Source: Eledone cirrhosa
Lineage: Eukaryota
Length of the DNA: 64,000 nt
Direction: 5' to 3'
NCBI GenBank assembly: GCA_964016885.1
Contig: OZ024741.1
Location: 320,726,001 to 320,790,000, forward strand
Shown here: piece after piece, positions 63,122 to 64,000 of the stretch
Layout of the letters: each line of letters begins with the position of its first letter
Position numbering within the stretch: the first letter of the stretch is position 1
Notes under the pieces: generated by a model
The model's database searches: none
What the model was told of the DNA's origin: nothing
Seen by the model: the letters and a program-made list of their open reading frames with translations, nothing else
Position numbers and translations under genes: made by a program

Positions 63122-63688
63122 GGAAAAGAATGAAACGAAATTTAATTTCTCACTCTTAGTACGGCTGATACTTAAATATCAGTATGTATGTATACGTACA
63201 TACATATATGTATACAGACGTACAGTAGTATGTATATATATATATATATACATACATCCACACATATATATATATGTACGTATGGGTTTACCGATTATTT
63301 ATTATAATGTTCGGTTTGTTTGTAAACAAACAACCCGAATTAAGCCGTACAGTGTTCGGCAACCGTCGTTGCCCTTTTGTTCAACACTGACAAAGGAACG
63401 ATGAACTAGTTTCAAGCTTATTTGCTATCGTCAGCATCGTATACCTTCCTGTCAGATGATTGAACGTTTGAAAGTATATACTTTCCTTATGCATATTAAC
63501 GGCTGAGCAGCCTAATTTGCATATCGAGTAAGTTAGTCGACCGGGCGTACCGAAAACGATAAATGGAAAAGAATGAAACGAAATTTCATTTCTCACTCTT
63601 AGTACGGCTGATACTTAAATATCAGTATGTATACGTAGATACATATATGTATACAGAGGTACAGTAGTATGTAAATATATACATACAT

Positions 63689-63722
<34 letters not shown>

Positions 63723-63910
63723 GTACGTATGGATTTACCGAACATTTATTATAAACGTTTAATCATCTGACAGGAAGGTATACGATTATAATAATTATAA
63801 TAAATGTTCGATAAACCCATACGTACATATATATATATCTGTGCATGTATGTATATATATACATAATACTGTACATCTGTATAAATATATGTATGTACGT
63901 ATACATACTG

Positions 63911-63915
<5 letters not shown>
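63118..63915 (-). mobile_element. pLTR/retrozyme-like cassette: unit of about 443 bp, partial tandem copy, then inverted fragment
   Basis: aaatggaaaagaatgaaacg at 63118 and 63561; 63757-63915 inverted; hammerhead at 63398. Confidence 0.75.
63398..63440 (-). ncRNA. Minimal type I hammerhead ribozyme
   Basis: acgatg CTGACGA t agc aaataa gct t GAAA ctag TT catcgt; perfect 6-bp stem I; palindromic CTAG stem III. Confidence 0.85.
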
Positions 63916-63942
<27 letters not shown>

Positions 63943-64000
63943 AACGAAGGAGGGTTGGTAAGGAACCAGATGGACCATAACGCACCAAAGTACTCAATAC

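Overview
Eukaryotic, AT-rich, repeat-saturated DNA with no host protein-coding gene that I can support. The SINE and microsatellite repertoire suggests an octopod cephalopod (inference). Recognisable content: an apparently intact and very young Ty3/Gypsy LTR retrotransposon (49760-55088, minus; 264-bp LTRs differing at one position by eye, ATAG TSD, -1 frameshift signal); truncated Penelope-like elements (RT + GIY-YIG); decayed HERO-like, CRE-like, R4/Dong-like, RTE-like and Tx1-like non-LTR elements; maT and mariner DNA transposon relics; a non-autonomous Helitron; tRNA-type SINEs; and many (TA)n, (GA)n and (CA)n tracts. Nearly all short ORFs in the track are microsatellite artefacts. The standout signal is non-coding. 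About 20 hammerhead-ribozyme motifs from roughly a dozen unrelated sequence families sit in short tandem or inverted cassettes embedded in (TA)n tracts (Penelope pLTR or retrozyme-like). They include a 488-bp ribozyme-bearing tandem array, a U3-A8 covariant core, an A4-variant family and several very long stem II inserts. Separately, there is a strand-reordered (pseudoknotted) hammerhead candidate in the 3' UTR of the HERO-like element and an HDV-like candidate at the 5' end of RTE-derived elements. All RNA structures were paired by eye, not computed.
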